DNA from: Octopus sinensis
Taxonomy: Eukaryota
Direction: 5' to 3'
NCBI RefSeq assembly: GCF_006345805.1
Contig: NW_021836126.1
Coordinates: 1-64,000, forward strand
DNA length: 64,000 bases
Positions 29,075 to 40,258 of this stretch are shown here, piece after piece. Positions within the stretch are counted from its first letter, which is position 1. Each line of letters begins with the position of its first letter. The notes beneath the pieces are model-generated. The model was not told the DNA's origin and made no database searches. It saw only the letters and a program-made list of their open reading frames with translations. The translations under genes were made by a program, and so were the position numbers.

Positions 29075-30344
29075 AACTCAGATACTATCACGTGAATATT
29101 TATTAATTGTTTTAAATGTATTTATTAAAACTTGTCATAAATAATTAAATAATACACGATTTCTTTGTCGTTTAATTTTTTTGAGATTGCGATTCGAAAT
29201 TGGTGGTTGGTTTTCCTCGTTTCGAAATGATCTGCCATTAGTTCGTCTTATAGATTGAAGACTTTTAGAACTTCTGCTTTTACCGACGGGGTTTAAAATC
29301 TTGCATCGTTATTGCGGGACTCAATTTTTCAGGCGAAGTTTTGATGGCTGTTCTTTTCTTTCGCAGTTTGAACTTTAGTCAATAACTTTTTGGATTTCCA
29401 ATTTTTGTTTTCCTAAGATAATCCATTGCATCTAGTTTTTATTTAATATGGAGAATTATGGAAATAGAGTCGTAACTAACTTGGAGACAGAGGATCAAAA
29501 AATGGTGTTGGTTACTTCCTACTCTAAAAGGAGTAGATTTACCTCTAGCGGACAAGGTCGGATTAACATCAATTAAATAATACTAACTTTACTATTTTAC
29601 TTTTTCTTTTCTGATAAAATAATGAGTTTAATGTTAATCCTTTAATTTTCTGATATTAAAGTTTTCCTGATTGTTATTACTTGTATAATCAACATCCAAA
29701 AACAAAATTTGATGGTAGGTAGATAAATAACTAAGAAGATAGTTGAGAACCTAACGGTCACTCAACGGTAACACCCATCAGATCTAAGCGGTCGGACTCG
29801 TTTGGCAAGATAACAGTCCTCGGATGGTTGACCCTTTCTCCGATGTGTTAAAGTAATTCACACAAATAAAGTTAATGGCAATTTAGAATCCCCTTGTGCA
29901 AGTTTGCCTTTAATTCTGATTGATGGATGTAACACTGATTAGAGATAAGAAATGTAACAAGGAAATATCCGAATAAATAATTAGGTTAGTTAATTAGTGG
30001 AATTTGAATATTTGATTAAACTCCATCATTTCCGCATATCATATTTATTGAGGAATAAGAACAGGAGTTGCAATCTATTCTGAGTAAACTAACCCACCAT
30101 TTGCTTGCTCAAATATTACTGTTGCCTCGTGAAATTCACTTGCTTCTATTTGCAATCTCTTTTCTGTAAATATGTTGGGAAGCGTAAACACCACAGTTGA
30201 CGTTTTCGAAATCCTTATATGAGAATATTTAACTATATATTATGGGTTCAGACTTTTCTGTGAATATGCACATTTTCTGCGTTACATCAATACTACACAG
30301 TAAATAATTTAAAATACTAAATTTTTAGCTCACGACTGAGTTCC

Positions 30345-30540
30345 GAAAATTTAATGTCTTGGACACAAATCTACAGCCCTTTCTAATACTATTAAAGTGA
30401 GAGTAGACCAATAAAAAACGGTATATATATCAACTGTCCTTCCCAGAGCCATGTCGGATACCCATCGGTCAGAACAGAATTCAATCAAATTGCTTACTGA
30501 GAAGTATAAATTTATGCAAATATTTTGTTTTCCTACCAAC
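30345..30540 (-). pseudogene. Possible rhodopsin-type GPCR TM2-TM3 fragment
   Basis: NICINLYFSVSNLI..., WSTLTLIVLERAVDLCP resembles TM3 'TLTLISLERYxAIC'. Confidence 0.3.
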
Positions 30541-30619
30541 TTTACTTAAATTAACAAAATAGATAATTTCTTAAAGTAAATTATTCATATAAATAAAATA
30601 TAAAAGCGTTTGTTGTGAT

Positions 30620-31347
30620 ATGGAGGACATTGATCTGCGTTTGGAAATACTGTCAAAATCGGAACTCTACGACGGTATATATGCATAAATAGCAGAAATG
30701 TACGACACGGTGATAGAAATGTTGGGGAGAGACATAACCCCCACAGCAAAACAGCGAAATTACATATCGACGGCCTTCAAACACAAAATATCAGGTCCTC
30801 GGCAGTCGTGCAAGTCTTTGGGGTATTTGAAAGTGGAGGGGAAGGAGAAATACCGGCAGAGTGTATTGATAAACATGGAGGAGTAGTTGGTGGAGGAAAT
30901 GAGGGACATTAGCTCGTGTGAGTTGAGTGTGATGAAGGATCTGATGAGCAAGTCGACGGACGAGCACTCCCTCGTGTTCTATTTGAAGCAGTTGGTGTGT
31001 TTGTGGATGGCAGAGTGGGGGACTGTTGTCGGTACATGGCCGAGGTGTTGGAGGAGGACGAGCGGGAGACGTACGTGAGGGAGTCCCAACAGGCCTACGA
31101 ACGGGCTTTGCACGTGTCCAAGGACTTTGCTGCCACCGACACGGCCAGGCTGGGACTGGCCTTGAATGCGTCTGTGTTCTATTTTGAGATTGTGGGGGAT
31201 AGGGAGAAGGCGTGTGAGTTGGCCAAGGTCACTTTCGACCAGGCCATTTGCTCGTTGGACTCCACCAACGGCATTATTGACCCAGACGTGGCACTCATTG
31301 TACAACTCATTCGAGACAACCACAAACACTGGAATTCACGTCCCTGA
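30620..31347 (+). CDS. Divergent 14-3-3 protein, paralog A (introns 21, 24, 23 nt)
   Basis: QRNYISTAFK, VFYLK|VGDCCRY, RLGLALNASVFYFEI, ACELAKVTFDQAI, IVQLIRDN..W. Confidence 0.9.
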
Positions 31348-31493
31348 CTTTTTCCTTTATTTTAATATTTCTACTGTGGTTAACCTAATAGTTGTATTTG
31401 TTAAATAGATGTTATATAATATTTTCACTGTGGCTAACCAAATAGTATTTGTAACAAATAAATATTTTTACTGTGGGTAGCCAAATAATTGTA

Positions 31494-32620
31494 CAGTAAA
31501 GCCTCTCCAATGCGCCGATTTTTTGGTCGGCCCCAAAATCGGCAATTTAAATAATATTTTATAGTTAAAACATGAACTTAAAATATAGATTAAGTATTTC
31601 TTTTTATATACAAATGACTAACAGCATGAAATTATTTATATCCAAAAAAATCAGAAATTTTATTTTTTAATTAATTTTCTTTTGAGCTCTGAAAGCTTCT
31701 GAGAGATCAACTCTTTTCTCATTTGATTCCTTTTCAATTATTGTTTCCTAAGTATAATTATTAAATGAAATCACTAACTGAGTGAACTTTTTTTTGACTG
31801 TAATGTATCAGCTTGTTCAGATTTTTCTAAAAATTTCATCAGCTCTTTATTTTCAGTATATTCGTAATCAACAAATTCACTATAAGATATTGGATCGTCA
31901 ATTTGAAATTTCTTAATTATTTCTTCATAATTATTTTCGTAGTTCTTAAATTCACTGTTGATTGTGATTGTTTCACATTTTATCCATTGTGCATGACGGA
32001 AACAATTTTTAATGGTCGTAGGAGTAACTTTATTCCAAGCGAAGAATGTTAATGTCGCAGCAGTTTCAAGGGTGATTGCATTAATTGAATTCTGATAATT
32101 TTCCCCTGCCCCAACCTTTTCGATTATATCATTTATTTTCAAATTGGTAAATTCGGCTTTAAAGCATTTTATAATTCCTTGATCCATTGGTTGCAAGACA
32201 GGAAGTTCTAGGAGGCAAAACAAGAATTTCGATTGAGTTTAACGTGACAATAACTTGATGAGATGGGCATTGATCTATTGCAAGTAGAATTTTTCTTTTT
32301 TTCTTCACAAGTTCACAATCAAAATCATTAAGCCACTTGTTAAGAATTTCACGGTTCATCCATGCCTTAGTGGAATGGGTGTAGGTAACATATTTTCTAA
32401 TGTTGAAATTTTTAAAACACCTCGGACTTTAAATCTTCCTATCAATACAGGCCTTCTTTTATCGGAACCAGAACAAATTGCGCATAATAGTAAAGAAAAT
32501 CGATCGACAACCTTATTCCAGACTTTAATTTAGTGCACACACTTTTAGAAGGAATCGCCTTGTAAAAACACCAGTTTCATCTGCATTATAAACATTGTCC
32601 AATCCATGTTGTTCAATTTT
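31494..32620 (-). mobile_element. Tigger/pogo transposon, 5'-truncated
   Basis: TA + cagtaaagcctc TIR; YNADETG, KAWMN, IDQCPSH, LQPMDQGII, TIKNCFRHA. Confidence 0.85.
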
Positions 32621-32692
32621 TAAACTGACTGAATATTTTTACTGTGGGCAACCAAATAATTGAATTGGTAATAAAATAGATTGTTAGTGTGA

Positions 32693-33477
32693 ATGAATAT
32701 TGACGAACTGAACCTGAGACTAGAAGTGTTAGCAAAGGCGGAGTTATACGACTGTAATAAGCAAGCCTGACTGATAGACATGTACGACATTGTGATCGAA
32801 CTGCTGAGTCTAAACATAATCCCCACTCCTAAGCAGAGGAACTACATGTCCGTGGCCTTCAAACACAGAATATCAGCCCTACGACAGTCGTGCAAGGCCA
32901 TGAACAGCCTGTGCAGAAACTACGGAGTGGAGGAAGACAAGGAGGGCATGGAGTGCGTCCACAAATACACCAAATTGGTACTCCTCCACCCACAGGCCAG
33001 ATTCAGGACGAAATGGAGTCCATTTGCAACACACAGATCGGCATCATCAAAGACTTAATAAAGAAATGTGACCAAGATCAATCACTTGTGTTTTATTTAA
33101 AGCAGTTAATTAATTAATTATTTATTTTTAGATTGGGGGACTGTGGACGATACATGGCCGAGGTCCTCTCGACGGATGCCCGCCAATACTACGTGGACGA
33201 GTCCAAGGAGGCATACGAACAAGCCCTGTCCATCGCCCAAAACTTTGCTGTGAACGACACTGGGCGACTTGGCCTGGCTCTCAACGCCTCGGTCTTTTAC
33301 TACGAAATACTGGAGGAGAAGGACAAGGCCTGCAGTCTGGCCAAAATGACCTTCGATGAGGCCATTGAGTCCTTGGATGATTTGACTGGGTTTTTGAATT
33401 CGGAGGTGTCTTTGATCCTTCAACTAATTCAAGATAATTACAAAAACTGGACTGACAAGAAGGATGGGTGGAAATAA
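32693..33477 (+). CDS. Divergent 14-3-3 protein, paralog B (3 micro-introns)
   Basis: QRNYMSVAFK, GDCGRY, RLGLALNASVFYYEI, LILQLIQDNYKNWT; same intron positions as paralog A. Confidence 0.9.
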
Positions 33478-33546
33478 TATTTTGGTTAATTAATTTCCTA
33501 TTATTAGTAATAATTAATTAATAAACCAAATAAAATAAAGTGAGTG

Positions 33547-36150
33547 ATGAGGTCTGGTGGGTCAGTAGTGGCAGAATACGGCAAGCTGATAGAGGGGCAC
33601 CCGTGGAAAGTGATATGGCTGAGCATAATATGGACAGCGTCAGTGCTGATGTGGAAGCAGGAAGGGAGGGTGTGTGAGGTGAGTGAGTGTAATGAGGAAT
33701 AGGTGTTGGACAGTGAAATGATATCAATAGTGGTGGTGAAGATGTTGGCAGTGTTGAACGTGTACATAGAATTGGGGCGTGTGAGTGGGCACAAGTTACT
33801 AATGGGTGTGATAGTGTGATGAGGGGCAGGGTTCGTGATAATCTGCACATTCCTGACGGCCTTCACATTCACGAGTGTGGTAGTGATGGGGACACAAGTG
33901 CATTCAATGGCATTCTACATGGTGTTGGTGGACATGTCCAAGCCGTGTGAGTTGGTGGAGTATGCAATGCGGGAGGGGAGTGTGGTGGGGGCACTCAGTC
34001 GGGTGGGGCCAGCCATGGTCAAGACTGCGTTGGTGGAGGCGGGGGTGATCGGGTCGGGCATGTTGGTGGGTGTGGAGATGTGTCTGTTTGGGGCAGTCCT
34101 CGTCATTGTTAACTGCATTGCCTTCCTCACCTTCTTTCCCAGTTGTCTCGCCATTTCACGACTCCCTCTTTTTCTTGTACACTCACTCCATTCACTCACA
34201 GTCCATTCTCGTCCTCTTCGCCAGTCAGTACGACCACTTTACTCCACATTCACCACCCATCTTTACTCTCCCTCTCCTCCTCCTCATACTACTCCTCGCT
34301 CTCATTCCCACACCAACCAAGGGGAGGTCTACTGAGGGGAGACCAATGGCCTCTACTAAGAACACACTACTCACTGAGGGCACTCCACTGACTGAGGATA
34401 CACCAATGGACTACCCTTCTATCAAGGACACTCCACTAATGGTATCCCTCTCTCCTACTCACAACATAGTCCCCTTCTACTGAGGACTCACTACTTACTG
34501 AGGGCACTCCATTAATGGCCTCTTCTCCTACTAAGGACACACCAATGGACTACCCTACTGAGGACTCACTACTGACTGGAGACACTCCACTAATGATCTC
34601 TTCTCCTACTAAGGACACACCAATGGACTACCCTACTGAGGACTCACTACTGTCTGGAGACATACCATTAATGGACATCCGCCCTCCTACTGAGGACACC
34701 GAGGACTCACCTTCTACCAAGGACACTCCACTAATGGTATCCCCCTCTTCTACTCACAACATAGTCCCCTACTACTGAGGACATAGTAGTAACCGAAGGC
34801 ACATCAGTAAGTGAGGACACTCCACCAATGGACTATACTACTGAGGGGAGACCACTGACGGATGAGGAGTGGCTGAGTGTGTTGGGGAGTGGGGGAGTGT
34901 CAGTGCACAGACTGGAGAGTGTGTTGTGTGAGTACGAGCGGGCAATCCGAGTGCGGAGGGGGCACTTATTGGGGAGGAGGGGTGAGGGAATCCCGTATGA
35001 GAAGTACGGTCATTACGACAAAGTGGAGGGGGCGTGTTGTGAGAATGTGATTGGCTTCATTCCTGTCCCTCTCGGAGTGTGTGGGCCTCTTCTCCTCGAC
35101 GGCAGGGAATATATGGTCCCTTTGGCTACCACCGAGGGATGTCTGGTGGCCAGTGTCAATAGAGGGTGTCGGGCACTCTACTTGGCCGGGGGGGTCACTG
35201 CTGTCCTCACCGCCGATGGCATGACTCGCGCCCCGTCCTCAGGATGCAGTCCGTCCACCAAGCCAACCAATTGAAGGAGTGGATTGACGCACATTTCCCT
35301 ACTATCAAACACATCTTCGACGGGGGCAGCCGCTTTGCCAGACTCCACACCATTCACTCCACACAGGCCGGCCGCTTGCTCTACCTTCGCTTTACTGCCA
35401 CCACTGGAGATGCCATGGGAATGAACATGGTCTCCAAGTGTGCAGAGACTGTCCTCACTTTCCTCACACAACACTTCCCACACATCCAAGTCATCAGTCT
35501 GTCTGGCAATTTCTGCTCTGACAAAAAGCCGGGGGCCATCAACTGGTATTATGTGCCATCACTCCCCACAGGGTACAAGGCAGGGGCAAGTCCGTCGTAT
35601 GTGAGGCCACTATTCCTGCCTCCGTCGTGTCCTCCGTTCTCAAGACCACCGTCCAGAGCCTGGTCGACCTCAACATGTCCAAGAATTTGATTGGGTCTGC
35701 CATGGCCGGGTCGATTGGAGGGTTTAATGCCCACGCAGCCAATGTGGTCACTGCTCTCTTCATTGCCACGGGACAAGACCCCGCACAGAACGTGGGGTCC
35801 TCCAATTGTATCACTTTGCTCGAGTTTGGTGGCCAGTCTGGTCGGGATTTGCTGGTGAGTTGTTCAATGCCTTCCATCGAGTGCGGCACAGTCGGAGGTG
35901 GCACTGTCCTCCCCCCACAAAAAGCCTGTCTTGAGGTTCTCGTCTTTTATATTGCCAGTTGTTGGGGGTGGCGGGAGCGCATAGTTCGAGTTATGGGGGG
36001 AATGCACGTGAATTGGCCAGAGTTGTGTGTGCCACTGTCATGGCCGGGGAACTGTCCTTGTTGGCCGCCCTTTCATCTGGCCATCTTGTGGCAGGCCATA
36101 TGCGCTACAATCGATCTCAAGCTAATATAAATACTGCCAATCATTACTAA
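33547..36150 (+). CDS. HMGCR: HMG-CoA reductase (membrane domain + repeat linker + catalytic domain)
   Basis: [78 protein letters not shown]; one C missing at ~35232 (likely homopolymer error). Confidence 0.95.
34330..34850 (+). repeat. Coding minisatellite in HMGCR linker ([15 protein letters not shown]-type units)
   Basis: Repeated actaaggacacaccaatggactaccctactgaggactcactac units. Confidence 0.9.
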
Positions 36151-36577
36151 TTATTTATTTTGTCTAACACTCCTCTGTTTACCTTCGATAAATCCTCAAT
36201 ATTTTTCAAGACAGGAACATTTTTTTCCGCGAGCTTGATTTGCAACAGCTGACTATTTGGAGATGCAATAGAATGGTGACATGACGAAACTGAAATATGA
36301 GTTGATATTACTATTCCTAACGAATAAAAAATCCAATATAACAAGACGGATTTATACGACAAAAAATCAAACTAGGTATGGCTAATAGAAAAGCAGTTGC
36401 TGAGGAAGGGCAAAATAATAACAAATGGATCAAGAAAGTTGATGTCTCTGTTCAGGGAGGCCCAGTAAATTAAAAATTCAACTAATCTAACTTTTAATTT
36501 TTTTGTTTAAATAGAAAAAGTGGTAATTTAAATTGTACAAATCTAATAAATATATATTTAATTGATATTGCAAGAGT

Positions 36578-37068
36578 ATGTGGTTCACTACCCCTCTAGT
36601 ATATGCTATACTGTTAATGTACAAAAAACACGTGAGTCCGTTCATTGAAAGAGTGGCGAAAAAAGTGATGCAAAGACGAGCAAAATACTGGCAAGTCACT
36701 GAGGAGTTGACTAAACTTCGTAAAAAATGTGAGTCCTACAAACTGCCTCGTGATTTGGTGGAGCATTCCCTAACAAACAGACAAATCCACAAAACAAGAA
36801 AAGAAAAAGAAAATATAGGTTCGCCACTATAAAATTAATTATAGATAATATTATTAAAAATAAACTTAAAAAAATCAAATCCATTTTTGTATATTTCGAC
36901 GTCGTGTTAGAGGTGAGTCCCCAAGTTCATTTGAAGGTGATTATTCCTCTAGTGCTGGTCAGTGAGTCACCTCCCTTGCACAACCTGTTCTGGCCTTTCT
37001 CAGGGTTCTGTGATTCGTTGGCTTGGCTCGGGATTTGCAGAGTTGCTATTTTTAATTTTTATATTTGA
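36578..37068 (+). CDS. GET1: GET1/WRB-like tail-anchored protein insertion receptor
   Basis: N-terminal TM, coiled coil EELTKLRKKCESYKLPRDLVEHSLTNRQIHK, two micro-introns, C-terminal LAWLGICRVAI. Confidence 0.6.
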
Positions 37069-37138
37069 ATATTTTTTTTGTTAATTAAAAATAAATTTTT
37101 TTTAATTTTGTGTCTTGTGGATATACTTTGCTAGACTA

Positions 37139-37559
37139 ATGAAAGGAGACCAGAACAGTCTAAAGAAAAAAAATATCGACTTTTTTAAAGAATGTGAGAA
37201 AATAGGGGACTCTCTCCTCTCATTAAAGTCTGAGGCAGTGGACGTGGACAAACAACGGCACAGAAATCGTGAAGCAATTCGGTTATCCCATTAAGTATCA
37301 TTCCAGTGCTCTAAAAGCACAGAAAACATGGATGTGGACCGACTGTGGAGAGGTTGGTTTATTTGGTCTCCTCTCAGACCAGACTTCGTTAGACCGAAGG
37401 ATGTGCCACATTCGGAAAGAAATGAAAGGACATGTGGGCAGACTGAACGACCTTGGAATAGTCGATGACTGTCCGTTTTATTCCGGGTTTGACCTCTCTC
37501 CTCTGTCCTCCTCTGATCTGAGACACGTCCATTTTAATTCACTGTTCGATTATACTTAG
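37139..37559 (+). CDS. PDRG1: p53 and DNA damage-regulated 1 (prefoldin-like)
   Basis: EKIGDSLLSLKSEAVDVDKQRHRNREAIR|AL, DQTSLDRRM..RKEMK..V.RL, GFDLSPLS. Confidence 0.75.
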
Positions 37560-37647
37560 TAGTAAATTTCTGTTTACATTTCAACACGGCAGTTAAGCTA
37601 TTCTATTACTTGGCTGGGTGACCGCCTGAGAACAGACAGTGTCTTGC
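37543..37647 (+). pseudogene. 5S rRNA pseudogene (degenerate)
   Basis: aacacggcagttaagc (box A) and tacttggctgggtgaccgcctg (box C); similar to the copy at 47842-47949. Confidence 0.75.
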
Positions 37648-38439
37648 TATTCATTGTTATAAAGTGTTTTTTGTGTGACTAACTGGGGGATATTTCAATA
37701 TAGAGAACAAGTAGTCGACATTGACAGTTGGAGGGGACTAAGGAGGTCACCCGGTCCACTTATACAAGTGTCATTTATTTTCAGTCGACACTGGCTGTAG
37801 TCTTTTTAAGTGGGTTGAGCATTTTGAAGGAGTTGTGGGCGAGTAGAGTCCTCGGGGATGCAGGAATGTTTTCAGATAGGCTTTCTGTGTTGGTGTTTAG
37901 GAGATAAAATATAATAATAAGAGAGATAGACAATTTCCATTTTGTTTAATGGAGCGTGAATAATATTCCTTTTTACACATTTATTAGGTAAATATCAAAT
38001 ATTTAACTTTTGTTTTAATTCATTCGGAAAATATAGAAAATTGTGTTGCGGCTAATCCTAATTCTTCAGGAATATTTGCGAATAGAGATGGAGTGTCCGA
38101 CCGTCCTCCAATACAATTCCTGGGAGAAATAATTTCTTTGGCTTTTCTCTTTCCATACGTGATCTCTCTGGGGTCAGCCGGAGTCCAAATATACGGCTCA
38201 ATTGACCAGCATTTCTTTTTTGGATTTTAAAAAAGTTGACTCTTTGTGGTTTCGCTACTTTTTATACTCCCGTAACACTCAGACCAATGCTGCAGCTATT
38301 AGATTCATAGAAGGCAATTTTAACGAGGCGGATCGACTTTTTAGAGATTCTGGGTTTGAAATCATCCGAGTTTGGTAGATAATAAAACAGAAATATGTAA
38401 TCTCTTTGAAAATATTTTTTATATTATTGGTTCTCCAAT

Positions 38440-39111
38440 TATTTTGCAAACCGACAGTGGAAAAGAGTTTAACAGTTCATATATAGAACGAGTTATTTGA
38501 TGAATTGAATAGACATTATTAAACAAATTACTTATGACTACAATAAGACGGTCCATGCAACCACAAAGCATAGTCCATTTGATATTTTTATGAATTTTGG
38601 AAGTGATTTTATACAAAATATAAAACAACTTGAAGGACTAATAATTTTTGAAGCAGAAAATGAAAACGCGGAAATTTGTTATCAAACAAAGTCGGATAAT
38701 ATTTCACCTGAAAATTTTGTTTGAAAAATATCACAAAAGCAGGAGAGAAAATGGAGGTACGATAAAGAAAATATAAATATCGGGGATCATGTCATTATTA
38801 AACATGACATCGATGCTAATATGAACAATCAAAGGTTTTCCTTATCTGATAATGTCGATACAACAAAATATAGAATTATCGAAAAAAATAATTACAACTA
38901 TTCTTTGGAAGATAAAAATGGAAATGTTCATAAGAATATTAACATTTCTAAAATAAAAAAGTTCACGTAACTTTAAAATTCGCGGCCGTAGGCCGTATAG
39001 GGGATTAGTTGAATTTTTAAATCAAACCTTTTTGGGTTAGGAATGTTTTTATTGACCTGTCAAGCTGATAAGTCATCACCCTGGTCGCTAGTGTGGGTCA
39101 TCACTGCAACA
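38440..39111 (+). mobile_element. Ginger-like integrase 3' remnant
   Basis: YNKTVHATTKHSPFDIF, IGDHVIIKHDIDAN; ends ..TGCAACA. Confidence 0.6.
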
Positions 39112-39569
39112 TTTGTCATTAATTATTCATTTAGATTAATAACGTCATTTTTTTCCTATTCTCTAATAACTGACTCGATCCATAACATTTCTGTTAGAAA
39201 TGATTATATTTGAGTTGTCTCATTTAATTATCCAAGATTGCATGTCAGCTTGTATGTTCTAATAACGTTTGTTCTGTTTTATCACGTCTGTTCCGTTGGA
39301 GACTGCAGAATTGTTGAAGGAATCACTTATGAACTCGATGAATTTGAAAAGGTTCTCCGAAAGACTCATTTTTAATCTGTTTCATTCTCTAAATTTTAGC
39401 TACAATTTCTTTAGTCTTAAAACAACCAAAATCGCACAAATAATATAACTGTTAAAATTAATTGAGAAATTAGTTACGAACCCACAAAAACAACAACCTG
39501 GCAATGGTATCTTGTTTCAGATTGAATAAAAAGAACAGATGCGTCAAGTCTTTATAAAATGCAGTTCTA

Positions 39570-40170
39570 ATGACTAATTGAAATCACTGGTAGTCCAATC
39601 TGGTGAGTGGAATATGTGATGTACTACAACGACTGTGTGTCGGACGTAGTAAATGTGACTGAATTTGGCTTCTGCGACTTGAGGTGCAACATAACCCAGA
39701 AAATAGTTATTTCGGGTCCAGCGTCGATTGCCGGTGTGGTCATGTTGGGAGTGTCCGTGTACTGGAGTGCGACTATTTACGAGGCATTTACAGTAAACCA
39801 AATAACGGGTCCCAGAGATGCCTTACGTCGGTTTGACGCTCGGTTTGACATCGTTGTTGGTTTCCCTTGCATTCCTCTGCGCTCCTATCATACCGGCAAA
39901 TCGACTTTGTCACAATGATCAGTATTGTGGAAAAAGTGGAGAAATCTGCTTTGTATTTAATGTTGGATTCGTTCCCCCCTGCTCTCGTATTTCCCACAAT
40001 ATCAATATATTTGGGTCGACTGTTGTTTAGTGGGATGCATTCAGGCAGACTATTTTGGTTGGGTTATGAGTATTGATATCCGAGGGTGGACTTGCCTTTC
40101 TTGTAGCAAGGACTCTCATAAAGACGTATTATCGTCGTTTAATGCGCCTCAGACGGGACATGAGATTTAT
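39570..40170 (+). other. Possible decayed membrane-protein gene
   Basis: Frameshifted ORFs with hydrophobic and Cys-rich segments; family not recognised. Confidence 0.2.
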
Positions 40171-40258
40171 TGTTAATTATACGGAAATTTAATTTTTTGA
40201 GCAGATTTGTTTATTTATATCAAGCCTAATAATATATCGTTTATGAGATAATCTATAC

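Noticed and set aside
35225-35240. Programmed frameshift in HMGCR (also in Ctr at ~63503)
   Set aside because: Single-base loss in a homopolymer, typical of long-read error; no slippery heptamer
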